From NCBI RefSeq assembly GCF_964355755.1, contig NW_027306097.1:16001-80000 (forward strand): a stretch of DNA of 64,000 bases, written 5' to 3'. Of this stretch, positions 11,272 through 24,600 are shown piece by piece. Source of the DNA: Antedon mediterranea (Eukaryota; Animalia; Echinodermata). How positions within the stretch are numbered: position 1 is the stretch's first letter; each line of letters opens with the position of its first letter. A program made the position numbers and the translations under genes. Under the pieces are notes generated by a model, which did no database searches, was not told the origin of the DNA, and was given only the letters and a program-made list of their open reading frames with translations.

Positions 11272-14200
11272 TAAGCACTTTGGTGTTTTTATGTTAACAA
11301 TCTTTTTCGAAAATCACAAAATGGTCTAAAACGTTTCCAAATGCGATTTGAAGCTATTCTAACCACTTTCGTGTTTTTATGTTAACAAGTTTTTTCGAAA
11401 ATCACAAAATGGTCTAAAACGTCTCCAAATGTGATTTGAAGCTATTCTAAGCACTTTGGTGTTTTTATGTTAACAAGTTTTTTCAAAAATCACAAAATGG
11501 TCTAAAACGTCTCCAAATGCGATTTGAAGCTATTCTAAGCACTTTGGTGTTTTTATGTTAACAGGTTTTTTCGAAGAACACAAAATGTTCTAAAACATCT
11601 CCAAATGCGATTTGAAGCTATTCTAAGCACTTTGGTGTTTTTATGTTAACAGTTTTTTTCGAAAATCACAAAATGGTCTAAAACGTCTCCAAATACGATT
11701 TGAAGCTATTCTAAGCACTTTCATGTTTTTATGTTAACAAGTTTTTTCGAAAATCACAAAATGGTCTAAAACGTTTCCAAATGCGATTTGAAGCTATTCT
11801 AAGCACTTTCGTGTTTTTATGTTAACAAGTTTTTTCGAAAATCACAAAATGGTCTAAAACGTCTCCAAATGCGATTTGAAGCTATTCTAAACCCTTTGGT
11901 GTTTTTATGTTGATAAGTTTTTTCGAAAATCACAAATTGGTCTAAAACGTCTCCAAATGCGATTTGAAGCTATTCTAAACACTTTGGTGTTTTTATGTTA
12001 ACAATTTTTTTCGAAAATCACAAAATGGTCTAAAACGTTTCCAAATGCGATTTGAAGCTATTCTAAGCACTTTCGTGTTTTTATGTTAACAAGTTTTTTC
12101 GAAAATCACTAAATGGTCTAAAACGTTTCCAAATGCGATTTGAAGCTATTCTAAGCACTTTCGTGTTTTTATGTTAACAAGTTTTTTCGAAAATCACAAA
12201 ATGGTCTAAAACGTCTCCAAATGTGATTTGAAGCTATTCTAAGCACTTTGGTGTTTTTATGTTAACAAGTTTTTTCAAAAATCACAAAATGGTCTAAAAC
12301 GTCTCCAAATGCGATTTGAAGCTATTCTAAGCACTTTGGTGTTTTGTGTGAAAAAGTTTTATCTAAATGCTCAAAATGGTCTAAAACATTTTTAAATACG
12401 ATATTAAGCTATTTTGTGCTCTTTGATGTTTTTGTGTGAAAATTGTTATCGAAATGCTCAAAATGGTCTAAAACGGTTTATAATGTGATTCTAAGCACTT
12501 ATGGTCTAAAACGTCTCCAAATGTGATTTGAAGCTATTCTAAGCACTTTGGTGTTTTTATGTTAAAAAGTTTTTTCGAAAATCACAAAATGGTCTAAAAC
12601 GTCTCCAAATGCGATTTGAAGCTATTCTAAGCACTTTGGTATTTTGTGTGAAAAAGTTTTGTCGAAATGCTCAAAATGGTCTAAAACGATTTATAATGTG
12701 ATTTTAAGCACTTTGATGTTTTTGTGTAACCAAGTTTCATCGAAATGCACAAAATGGTCTAAAACGTCTCCAAATGCGATTTGAAGCTATTCTAAGCACT
12801 TTGGTGTTTTGTGTGAAAAAGTTTTGTCTAAAGGCTCAAAATGGTCTAAAACGTTTTTAAATACGATATTAAGCTATTTTGTGCTCTTTGATGTTTTTGT
12901 GTGAAAAGTGTTACCGAAATGCTCAAAATGGTCTAAAACGGTTTATAATGTGATTTTAAGCACTTTGATGTTTTTGTGTAACCAAGTTTTTTCGAAAATC
13001 TCAAAATGGTCTAAAACGTCTCCAAATACGATTTGAAGCTATTCTAAGCACTTTGGTGTTTTTATGTTAACAAGTTTTTTCGAAAATCACAAAATGGTCT
13101 AAAACGTCTCCAAATGCGATTTGAAGCTATTCTAAGCACTTTGGTGTTTTTATGTTAACAAGTTTTTTCAAAATCACAAAATGGTCTAAAACGTCTCCAA
13201 ATGCGATTTGAAGCTATTCTAAACCCTTTGGTGTTTTTATGTTGATAAGTTTTTTCGAAAATCACAAATTGGTCTAAAACGTCTCCAAATGCGATTTGAA
13301 GCTATTCTAAACACTTTGGTGTTTTTATGTTAACAATTTTTTTTCGAAAATCACAAAATGGTCTAAAACGTTTCCAAATGCGATTTGAAGCTATTCTAAG
13401 CACTTTCGTGTTTTTATGTTAACAAGTTTTTTCGAAAATCACAAAATGGTCTAAAACGTTTCCAAATGCGATTTGAAGCTATTCTAAGCACTTTCGTGTT
13501 TTTATGTTAACAAGTTTTTTCGAAAATCACAAAATGGTCTAAAACGTTTCCAAATGCGATTTGAAGCTATTCTAAGCACTTTCGTGTTTTTATGTTAACA
13601 AGTTTTTTCGAAAATCACAAAATGGTCTAAAACGTCTCCAAATGTGATTTGAAGCTATTCTAAGCACTTTGGTGTTTTTATGTTAACAAGTTTTTTCAAA
13701 AATCACAAAATGGTCTAAAACGTCTCCAAATGCGATTTGAAGCTATTCTAAGCACTTTGGTGTTTTGTGTGAAAAAGTTTTATCTAAATGCTCAAAATGG
13801 TCTAAAACATTTTTAAATACGATATTAAGCTATTTTGTGCTCTTTGATGTTTTTGTGTGAAAATTGTTATCGAAATGCTCAAAATGGTCTAAAACGGTTT
13901 ATAATGTGATTCTAAGCACTTTGGTGTTTTTATGTTAACAATTTTTTTCGAAAATCACAAAATGGTCTAAAACGTTTCCAAATGCGATTTGAAGCTATTC
14001 TAAGAACTTCGTGTTTTTATGTTAACAAGTTTTATCGAAAATCACAAAATGGTCTAAAATGTCTCCAAATGTGATTTGAAGCTATTCTAAGCACTTTGGT
14101 GTTTTTATGTTAAAAAGTTTTTTCGAAAATCACAAAATGGTCTAAAACGTCTCCAAATGCGATTTGAAGCTATTCTAAGCACTTTGGTATTTTGTGTGAA

Positions 14201-17200
14201 AAAGTTTTGTCGAAATGCTCAAAATGGTCTAAAACGATTTATAATGTGATTTTAAGCACTTTGATGTTTTTGTGTAACCAAGTTTCATCGAAATGCACAA
14301 AATGGTCTAAAACGTCTCCAAATGCGATTTGAAGCTATTCTAAGCACTTTGGTGTTTTGTGTGAAAAAGTTTTGTCTAAATGCTCAAAATGGTCTAAAAC
14401 GTTTTTAAATACGATATTAAGCTATTTTGTGCTCTTTGATGTTTTTGTGTGAAAAGTGTTATCGAAATGCTCAAAATGGTCTAAAACGTTTTATAATGTG
14501 ATTTTAAGCACTTTGATGTTTTTGTGTAATCAAGTTTCATCGAAATGCACAAATTGGTCTAAAACGTCTCCAAATGCGATTTGAAGCTATTCTAAGCACT
14601 TTGGTGTTTTGTGTGAAAAAGTTTTGTCGAAATGCTCAAAATGGTCTAAAACGTTTTTAAATACGATATTAAGCTATTTTGTGCTCTTTGATGTTTTTGT
14701 GTGAAAAGTGTTATCGAAATGCTCAAAATGGTCTAAAACGGTTTATAATGTGATTTTAAGCACTTTGATGTTTTTGTGTAACCAAGTTTTTTCGAAAATC
14801 TCAAAATGGTCTAAAACGTCTCCAAATACGATTTGAAGCTATTCTAAGCACTTTGGTGTTTTTATGTTAACAAGTTTGTTCAAAATCACAAAATGGTCTA
14901 AAACGTCTCCAAATGTGATTTGAAGCTATTCTAAGCACTTTGGTGTTTTTATGTTAACAAGTTTTTTCAAAATCACAAAATGGTCTAAACCGTCTCCAAA
15001 TGCGATTTGAAGCTATTCTAAGCACTTTGGTGTTTTGTGTGAAAAATTTTATCTAAATGCTCAAAATGGTCTAAAACATTTTTAAATACGATATTAAGCT
15101 ATTTTGTGCTCTTTGATGTTTTTGTGTGAAAATTGTTATCGAAATGCTCAAAATGGTCTAAAACGGTTTATATTGTGATTCTAAGCACTTTGGTGTTTTT
15201 ATGTTAACAATCTTTTTCGAAAATCACAAAATGGTCTAAAACGTTTCCAAATGCGATTTGAAGCTATTCTAAGCACTTTCGTGTTTTTATGTTAACAAGT
15301 TTTTTCGAAAATCACAAAATGGTCTAAAACGTCTCCAAATGTGATTTGAAGCTATTCTAAGCACTTTGGTGTTTTTATGTTAACAAGTTTTTTCAAAAAT
15401 CACAAAATGGTCTAAAACGTCTCCAAATGCGATTTGAAGCTATTCTAAACCCTTTGGTGTTTTTATGTTGATAAGTTTTTTCGAAAATCACAAAATGGTC
15501 TAAAACGTCTCCAAATGCGATTTGAAGCTATTCTAAGCACTTTGGTGTTTTGTGTGAAAAAGTTTTGTCTAAATGCTCAAAAAATGGTCTAAAACGTTTT
15601 TAAATACGATATTAAGCTATTTTGTGCTCTTTGATGTTTTTGTGTGAAAAGTGTTATCGAAATGCTCAAAATGGTCTAAAACGGTTTATAATGTGATTTT
15701 AAGCACGTTGATGTTTTTGTGTAATCAAGTTTCATCGAAATGCACAAATTGGTCTAAAACGTCTCCAAATGCGATTTGAAGCTATTCTAAGCACTTTGGT
15801 GTTTTGTGTGAAAAAGTTTTGTCGAAATGCTCAAAATGGTCTAAAACGTTTTTAAATACGATATTAAGCTATTTTGTGCTCTTTGATGTTTTTGTGTGAA
15901 AAGTGTTATCGAAATGTTCAAAATGGTCTAAAACGGTTTATAATGTGATTTTAAGCACTTTGGTGTTTTTATGTTAACAATCTTTTTCGAAAATCACAAA
16001 ATGGTCTAAAACGTTTCCAAATGCGATTTGAAGCTATTCTAACCACTTTCGTGTTTTTATGTTAACAAGTTTTTTCGAAAATCACAAAATGGTCTAAAAC
16101 GTCTCCAAATGTGATTTGAAGCTATTCTAAGCACTTTGGTGTTTTTATGTTAACAAGTTTTTTCAAAAATCACAAAATGGTCTAAAACGTCTCCAAATGC
16201 GATTTGAAGCTATTCTAAGCACTTTGGTGTTTTTATGTTAACAGGTTTTTTCGAAGAACACAAAATGTTCTAAAACATCTCCAAATGCGATTTGAAGCTA
16301 TTCTAAGCACTTTGGTGTTTTTATGTTAACAGTTTTTTTCGAAAATCACAAAATGGTCTAAAACGTCTCCAAATACGATTTGAAGCTATTCTAAGCACTT
16401 TCATGTTTTTATGTTAACAAGTTTTTTCGAAAATCACAAAATGGTCTAAAACGTTTCCAAATGCGATTTGAAGCTATTCTAAGCACTTTCGTGTTTTTAT
16501 GTTAACAAGTTTTTTCGAAAATCACAAAATGGTCTAAAACGTCTCCAAATGCGATTTGAAGCTATTCTAAACCCTTTGGTGTTTTTATGTTGATAAGTTT
16601 TTTCGAAAATCACAAATTGGTCTAAAACGTCTCCAAATGCGATTTGAAGCTATTCTAAACACTTTGGTGTTTTTATGTTAACAATTTTTTTCGAAAATCA
16701 CAAAATGGTCTAAAACGTTTCCAAATGCGATTTGAAGCTATTCTAAGCACTTTCGTGTTTTTATGTTAACAAGTTTTTTCGAAAATCACTAAATGGTCTA
16801 AAACGTTTCCAAATGCGATTTGAAGCTATTCTAAGCACTTTCGTGTTTTTATGTTAACAAGTTTTTTCGAAAATCACAAAATGGTCTAAAACGTCTCCAA
16901 ATGTGATTTGAAGCTATTCTAAGCACTTTGGTGTTTTTATGTTAACAAGTTTTTTCAAAAATCACAAAATGGTCTAAAACGTCTCCAAATGCGATTTGAA
17001 GCTATTCTAAACCCTTTGGTGTTTTGTGTGAAAAAGTTTTATCTAAATGCTCAAAATGGTCTAAAACATTTTTAAATACGATATTAAGCTATTTTGTGCT
17101 CTTTGATGTTTTTGTGTGAAAATTGTTATCGAAATGCTCAAAATGGTCTAAAACGGTTTATAATGTGATTCTAAGCACTTATGGTCTAAAACGTCTCCAA

Positions 17201-18601
17201 ATGTGATTTGAAGCTATTCTAAGCACTTTGGTGTTTTTATGTTAAAAAGTTTTTTCGAAAATCACAAAATGGTCTAAAACGTCTCCAAATGCGATTTGAA
17301 GCTATTCTAAGCACTTTGGTATTTTGTGTGAAAAAGTTTTGTCGAAATGCTCAAAATGGTCTAAAACGATTTATAATGTGATTTTAAGCACTTTGATGTT
17401 TTTGTGTAACCAAGTTTCATCGAAATGCACAAAATGGTCTAAAACGTCTCCAAATGCGATTTGAAGCTATTCTAAGCACTTTGGTGTTTTGTGTGAAAAA
17501 GTTTTGTCTAAAGGCTCAAAATGGTCTAAAACGTTTTTAAATACGATATTAAGCTATTTTGTGCTCTTTGATGTTTTTGTGTGAAAAGTGTTACCGAAAT
17601 GCTCAAAATGGTCTAAAACGGTTTATAATGTTATTTTAAGCACTTTGATGTTTTTGTGTAACCAAGTTTTTTCGAAAATCTCAAAATGGTCTAAAACGTC
17701 TCCAAATACGATTTGAAGCTATTCTAAGCACTTTGGTGTTTTTATGTTAACAAGTTTTTTCGAAAATCACAAAATGGTCTAAAACGTCTCCAAATGCGAT
17801 TTGAAGCTATTCTAAGCACTTTGGTGTTTTTATGTTAACAAGTTTTTTCAAAATCACAAAATGGTCTAAAACGTCTCCAAATGCGATTTGAAGCTATTCT
17901 AAACCCTTTGGTGTTTTTATGTTGATAAGTTTTTTCGAAAATCACAAATTGGTCTAAAACGTCTCCAAATGCGATTTGAAGCTATTCTAAACACTTTGGT
18001 GTTTTTATGTTAACAATTTTTTTTCGAAAATCACAAAATGGTCTAAAACGTTTCCAAATGCGATTTGAAGCTATTCTAAGCACTTTCGTGTTTTTATGTT
18101 AACAAGTTTTTTCGAAAATCACAAAATGGTCTAAAACGTTTCCAAATGCGATTTGAAGCTATTCTAAGCACTTTCGTGTTTTTATGTTAACAAGTTTTTT
18201 CGAAAATCACAAAATGGTCTAAAACGTTTCCAAATGCGATTTGAAGCTATTCTAAGCACTTTCGTGTTTTTATGTTAACAAGTTTTTTCGAAAATCACAA
18301 AATGGTCTAAAACGTCTCCAAATGTGATTTGAAGCTATTCTAAGCACTTTGGTGTTTTTATGTTAACAAGTTTTTTCAAAAATCACAAAATGGTCTAAAA
18401 CGTCTCCAAATGCGATTTGAAGCTATTCTAAGCACTTTGGTGTTTTGTGTGAAAAAGTTTTATCTAAATGCTCAAAATGGTCTAAAACATTTTTAAATAC
18501 GATATTAAGCTATTTTGTGCTCTTTGATGTTTTTGTGTGAAAATTGTTATCGAAATGCTCAAAATGGTCTAAAACGGTTTATAATGTGATTCTAAGCACT
18601 T
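11272..18601 (+). repeat. About 2.65-kb direct duplication at offset 4680 (about 11272-13921 and 15952-18601)
   Basis: Sequence lines from 11281 match those from 15961 almost exactly. Differences seen at 12331 vs 17011 and near 12952 vs 17632. Confidence 0.9.
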
Positions 18602-21600
18602 ATGGTCTAAAATGTCTCCAAATGTGATTTGAAGCTATTCTAAGCACTTTGGTGTTTTTATGTTAAAAAGTTTTTTCGAAAATCACAAAATGGTCTAAAA
18701 CGTCTCCAAATGCGATTTGAAGCTATTCTAAGCACTTTGGTATTTTGTGTGAAAAAGTTTTGTCGAAATGCTCAAAATGGTCTAAAACGATTTATAATGT
18801 GATTTTAAGCACTTTGATGTTTTTGTGTAACCAAGTTTCATCGAAATGCACAAAATGGTCTAAAACGTCTCCAAATGCGATTTGAAGCTATTCTAAGCAC
18901 TTTGGTGTTTTGTGTGAAAAAGTTTTGTCTAAATGCTCAAAATGGTCTAAAACGTTTTTAAATACGATATTAAGCTATTTTGTGCTCTTTGATGTTTTTG
19001 TGTGAAAAGTGTTATCGAAATGCTCAAAATGGTCTAAAACGGTTTATAATGTGATTTTAAGCACTTTGATGTTTTTGTGTAATCAAGTTTCATCGAAATG
19101 CACAAATTGGTCTAAAACGTCTCCAAATGCGATTTGAAGCTATTCTAAGCACTTTGGTGTTTTGTGTGAAAAAGTTTTGTCGAAATGCTCAAAATGGTTT
19201 AAAACGTTTTTAAATACGATATTAAGCTATTTTGTGCTCTTTGATGTTTTTGTGTGAAAAGTGTTATCGAAATGTTCAAAATGGTCTAAAACGGTTTATA
19301 ATGTGATTTTAAGCACTTTGATGTTTTTGTGTAACCAAGTTTTTTCGAAAATCTCAAAATGGTCTAAAACGTCTCCAAATACGATTTGAAGCTATTCTAA
19401 GCACTTTGGTGTTTTTATGTTAACAAGTTTTTTCGAAAATCACAAAATGGTCTAAAACGTCTCCAAATGCGATTTGAAGCTATTCTTAGCACTTTGGTGT
19501 TTTTGATGTTTTTGTGTGAAAATTGTTATCGAAATGCTCAAAATGGTCTAAAACGGTTTATATTGTGATTCTAAGCACTTTGGTGTTTTTATGTTAACAA
19601 TCTTTTTCGAAAATCACAAAATGGTCTAAAACGTTTCCAAATGCGATTTGAAGCTATTCTAAGCACTTTCGTGTTTTTATGTTAACAAGTTTTTTCGAAA
19701 ATCACAAAATGGTCTAAAACGTCTCCAAATGTGATTTGAAGCTATTCTAAGCACTTTGGTGTTTTTATGTTAACAAGTTTTTTCAAAAATCACAAAATGG
19801 TCTAAAACGTCTCCAAATGCGATTTGAAGCTATTCTAAGCACTTTGGTGTTTTTATGTTAACAGGTTTTTTCGAAGAACACAAAATGTTCTAAAACGTCT
19901 CCAAATGCGATTTGAAGCTATTCTAAGCACTTTGGTGTTTTTATGTTAACAGTTTTTTTCGAAAAACACAAAATGTTCTAAAACGTCTCCAAATGCGATT
20001 TGAAGCTATTCTAAGCACTTTGGTGTTTTGTGTGAAAAAGTTTTGTCTAAATGCTCAAAATGGTCTAAAACGTTTTTAAATACGATATTAAGCTATTTTG
20101 TGCTCTTTGATGTTTTTGTGTGAAAAGTGTTATCGAAATGCTCAAAATGGTCTAAAACGGTTTATAATGTGATTTTAAGCACTTTGATGTTTTTGTGTAA
20201 TCAAGTTTCATCGAAATGCACAAATTGGTCTAAAACGTCTCCAAATGCGATTTGAAGCTATTCTAAGCACTTTGGTGTTTTGTGTGAAAAAGTTTTGTCG
20301 AAATGCTCAAAATGGTCTAAAACGTTTTTAAATACGATATTAAGCTATTTTGTGCTCTTTGATGTTTTTGTGTGAAAAGTGTTATCGAAATGCTCAAAAT
20401 GGTCTAAAACGGTTTATAATGTGATTTTAAGCACTTTGATGTTTTTGTGTAACCAAGTTTTTTCGAAAATCTCAAAATGGTCTAAAACGTCTCCAAATAC
20501 GATTTGAAGCTATTCTAAGCACTTTGGTGTTTTTATGTTAACAAGTTTTTTCGAAAATCACAAAATGGTCTAAAACGTCTCCAAATGCGATTTGAAGCTA
20601 TTCTAAGCACTTTGGTGTTTTTATGTTAACAAGTTTTTTCAAAATCACAAAATGGTCTAAAACGTCTCCAAATGCGATTTGAAGCTATTCTAAACCCTTT
20701 GGTGTTTTTATGTTGATAAGTTTTTTCGAAAATCACAAATTGGTCTAAAACGTCTCCAAATGCGATTTGAAGCTATTCTAAACACTTTGGTGTTTTTATG
20801 TTAACAATTTTTTTCGAAAATCACAAAATGGTCTAAAACGTTTCCAAATGCGATTTGAAGCTATTCTAAGCACTTTCGTGTTTTTATGTTAACAAGTTTT
20901 TTCGAAAATCACAAAATGGTCTAAAACGTTTCCAAATTCGATTTGAAGCTATTCTAAGCACTTTCGTGTTTGTATGTTAACAAGTTTTTTCGAAAATCAC
21001 AAAATGGTCTGAAACGTCTCCAAATGTGATTTGAAGCTATTCTAACACTTTGGTGTTTTTATGTTAACCAGTTTTTTCAAAAATCACAAAATGGTCTAAA
21101 ACGTCTCCAAATGCGATTTGAAGCTATTCTAAGCACTTTGGTGTTTTGTGTGAAAAAGTTTTATCTAAATGCTCAAAATGGTCTAAAACATTTTTAAATA
21201 CGATATTAAGCTATTTTGTGCTCTTTGATGTTTTTGTGTGAAAATTGTTATCGAAATGCTCAAAATGGTCTAAAACGGTTTATAATGTGATTCTAAGCAC
21301 TTTGGTGTTTTTATGTTAACAATTTTTTTCGAAAATCACAAAATGGTCTAAAACGTTTCCAAATGCGATTTGAAGCTATTCTAAGCACTTTCGTGTTTTT
21401 ATGTTAACAAGTTTTTTCGAAAATCACAAAATGGTCTAAAACGTCTCCAAATGTGATTTGAAGCTATTCTAAGCACTTTGGTGTTTTTATGTTAAAAAGT
21501 TTTTTCGAAAATCACAAAATGGTCTAAAACGTCTCCAAATGCGATTTGAAGCCCTTTGGTATTTTGTGTGAAAAAGTTTTGTCGAAATGCTCAAAATGGT

Positions 21601-24600
21601 CTAAAACGATTTATAATGTCATTTTAAGCACTTTGATGTTTTTGTGTAACCAAGTTTCATCGAAATGCACAAAATGGTCTAAAACGTCTCCAAATGCGAT
21701 TTGAAGCTATTCTAAGCACTTTGGTGTTTTGTGTGAAAAAGTTTTGTCTAAATGCTCAAAAAATGGTCTAAAACGTTTTTAAATACGATATTAAGCTATT
21801 TTGTGCTCTTTGATGTTTTTGTGTGAAAAGTGTTATCGAAATGCTCAAAATGGTCTAAAACGGTTTATAATGTGATTTTAAGCACGTTGATGTTTTTGTG
21901 TAATCAAGTTTCATCGAAATGCACAAATTGGTCTAAAACGTCTCCAAATGCGATTTGAAGCTATTCTAAGCACTTTGGTGTTTTGTGTGAAAAAGTTTTG
22001 TCGAAATGCTCAAAATGGTCTAAAACGTTTTTAAATACGATATTAAGCTATTTTGTGCTCTTTGATGTTTTTGTGTGAAAAGTGTTATCGAAATGTTCAA
22101 AATGGTCTAAAACGGTTTATAATGTGATTTTAAGCACTTTGATGTTTTTGTGTTACCAAGTTTTTTCGAAAATCTCAAAATGGTCTAAAACGTCTCCAAA
22201 TACGATTTGAAGCTATTCTAAGCACTTTGGTGTTTTTATGTTAACAAGTTCTTTCGAAAATCACAAAATGGTCTAAAACGTCTCCAAATGCGATTTGAAG
22301 CTATTCTAAGCACTTTGGTGTTTTTATGTTAACAAGTTTTTTCAAAATCACAAAATGGTCTAAACCGTCTCCAAATGCGATTTGAAGCTATTCTAAGCAC
22401 TTTGGTGTTTTGTGTGAAAAAGTTTTATCTAAATGCTCAAAATGGTCTAAAACATTTTTAAATACGATATTAAGCTATTTTGTGCTCTTTGATGTTTTTG
22501 TGTGAAAATTGTTATCGAAATGCTCAAAATGGTCTAAAACGGTTTATATTGTGATTCTAAGCACTTTGGTGTTTTTATGTTAACAATCTTTTTCGAAAAT
22601 CACAAAATGGTCTAAAACGTTTCCAAATGCGATTTGAAGCTATTCTAACCACTTTCGTGTTTTTATGTTAACAAGTTTTTTCGAAAATCACAAAATGGTC
22701 TAAAACGTCTCCAAATGTGATTTGAAGCTATTCTAAGCACTTTGGTGTTTTTATGTTAACAAGTTTTTTCAAAAATCACAAAATGGTCTAAAACGTCTCC
22801 AAATGCGATTTGAAGCTATTCTAAGCACTTTGGTGTTTTTATGTTAACAGTTTTTTTCGAAAAACACAAAATGTTCTAAAACGTCTCCAAATGCGATTTG
22901 AAGCTATTCTAAGCACTTTGGTGTTTTGTGTGAAAAAGTTTTGTCTAAATGCTCAAAATGGTCTAAAACGTTTTTAAATACGATATTAAGCTATTTTGTG
23001 CTCTTTGATGTTTTTGTGTGAAAAGTGTTATCGAAATGCTCAAAATGGTCTAAAACGGTTTATAATGTGATTTTAAGCACTTTGATGTTTTTGTGTAATC
23101 AAGTTTCATCGAAATCACAAAATGGTATAAAAAACGTCTCCAAATGCGATTTGAAGCTATTCTAAGCACTTTGGTGTTTTGTGTGAAAAAGTTTTGTCGA
23201 AATGCTCAAAATGGTCTAAAACATTTATAAATACGATATTAAGCTATTTTGTGCTCTTTGATGTTTTTGTGTGAAAATTGTTATCGAAATGCTCAAAATG
23301 GTCTAAAACGGTTTATATTGTGATTCTAAGCACATTGGTGTTTTTATGTTAACAATCTTTTTCGAAAATCACAAAATGGTCTAAAACGTTTCCAAATGCG
23401 ATTTGAAGCTATTCTAAGCACTTTCGTGTTTTTATGTTAACAAGTTTTTTCAAAAATCACAAAATGGTCTACAACGTCTCCAAATGTGATTTGAAGCTAT
23501 TCTAAGCACTTTCGTGTTTTTATGTTAACAAGTTTTTTCAAAAATCACAAAATGGTCTAAAACATCTCCAAATGTGATTTGAAGCTATTCTAAGCACTTT
23601 GGTGTTTTTATGTTAACAAGTTTTTTCAAAAATCACAAAATGGTCTAAAACGTCTCCAAATGCGATTTGAAGCTATTCTAAGCACTTTGGTGTTTTGTGT
23701 GAAAAAGTTTTATCTAAATGCTCAAAATGGTCTAAAACATTTTTAAATACGATATTAAGCTATTTTGTGCTCTTTGATGTTTTTGTGTGAAAATTGTTAT
23801 CGAAATGCTCAAAATGGTTTAAAACGGTTTATAATGTGATTCTAAGCACTTATGGTCTAAAACGTCTCCAAATGTGATTTGAAGCTATTCTAAGCACTTT
23901 GGTGTTTTTATGTTAAAAAGTTTTTTCGAAAATCACAAAATGGTCTAAAACGTCTCCAAATGCGATTTGAAGCTATTTTAAGCACTTTGGTATTTTGTGT
24001 GAAAAAGTTTTGTCGAAATGCTCAAAATGGTCTAAAACGATTTATAATGTGATTTTAAGCACTTTGATGTTTTTGTGTAACCAAGTTTCATCGAAATGCA
24101 CAAAATGGTCTAAAACGTCTCCAAATGCGATTTGAAGCTATTCTAAGCACTTTGGTGTTTTGTGTGAAAAAGTTTTGTCTAAATGCTCAAAATGGTCTAA
24201 AACGTTTTTAAATACGATATTAAGCTATTTTGTGCTCTTTGATGTTTTTGTGTGAAAAGTGTTACCGAAATGCTAAAAATGGTCTAAAACGGTTTATAAT
24301 GTGATTTTAAGCACTTTGATGTTTTTGTGTAACCAATTTTTTTCGAAAATCTCAAAATGGTCTAAAACGTCTCCAAATACGATTTGAAGCTATTCTAAGC
24401 ACTTTGGTGTTTTTATGTTAACAAGTTTTTTCGAAAATCACAAAATGGTCTAAAACGTCTCCAAATGCGATTTGAAGCTATTCTAAGCACTTTGGTGTTT
24501 TTATGTTAACAAGTTTTTTCAAAATCACAAAATGGTCTAAAACGTCTCCAAATGCGATTTGAAGCTATTCTAAACCCTTTGGTGTTTTTATGTTGATAAG

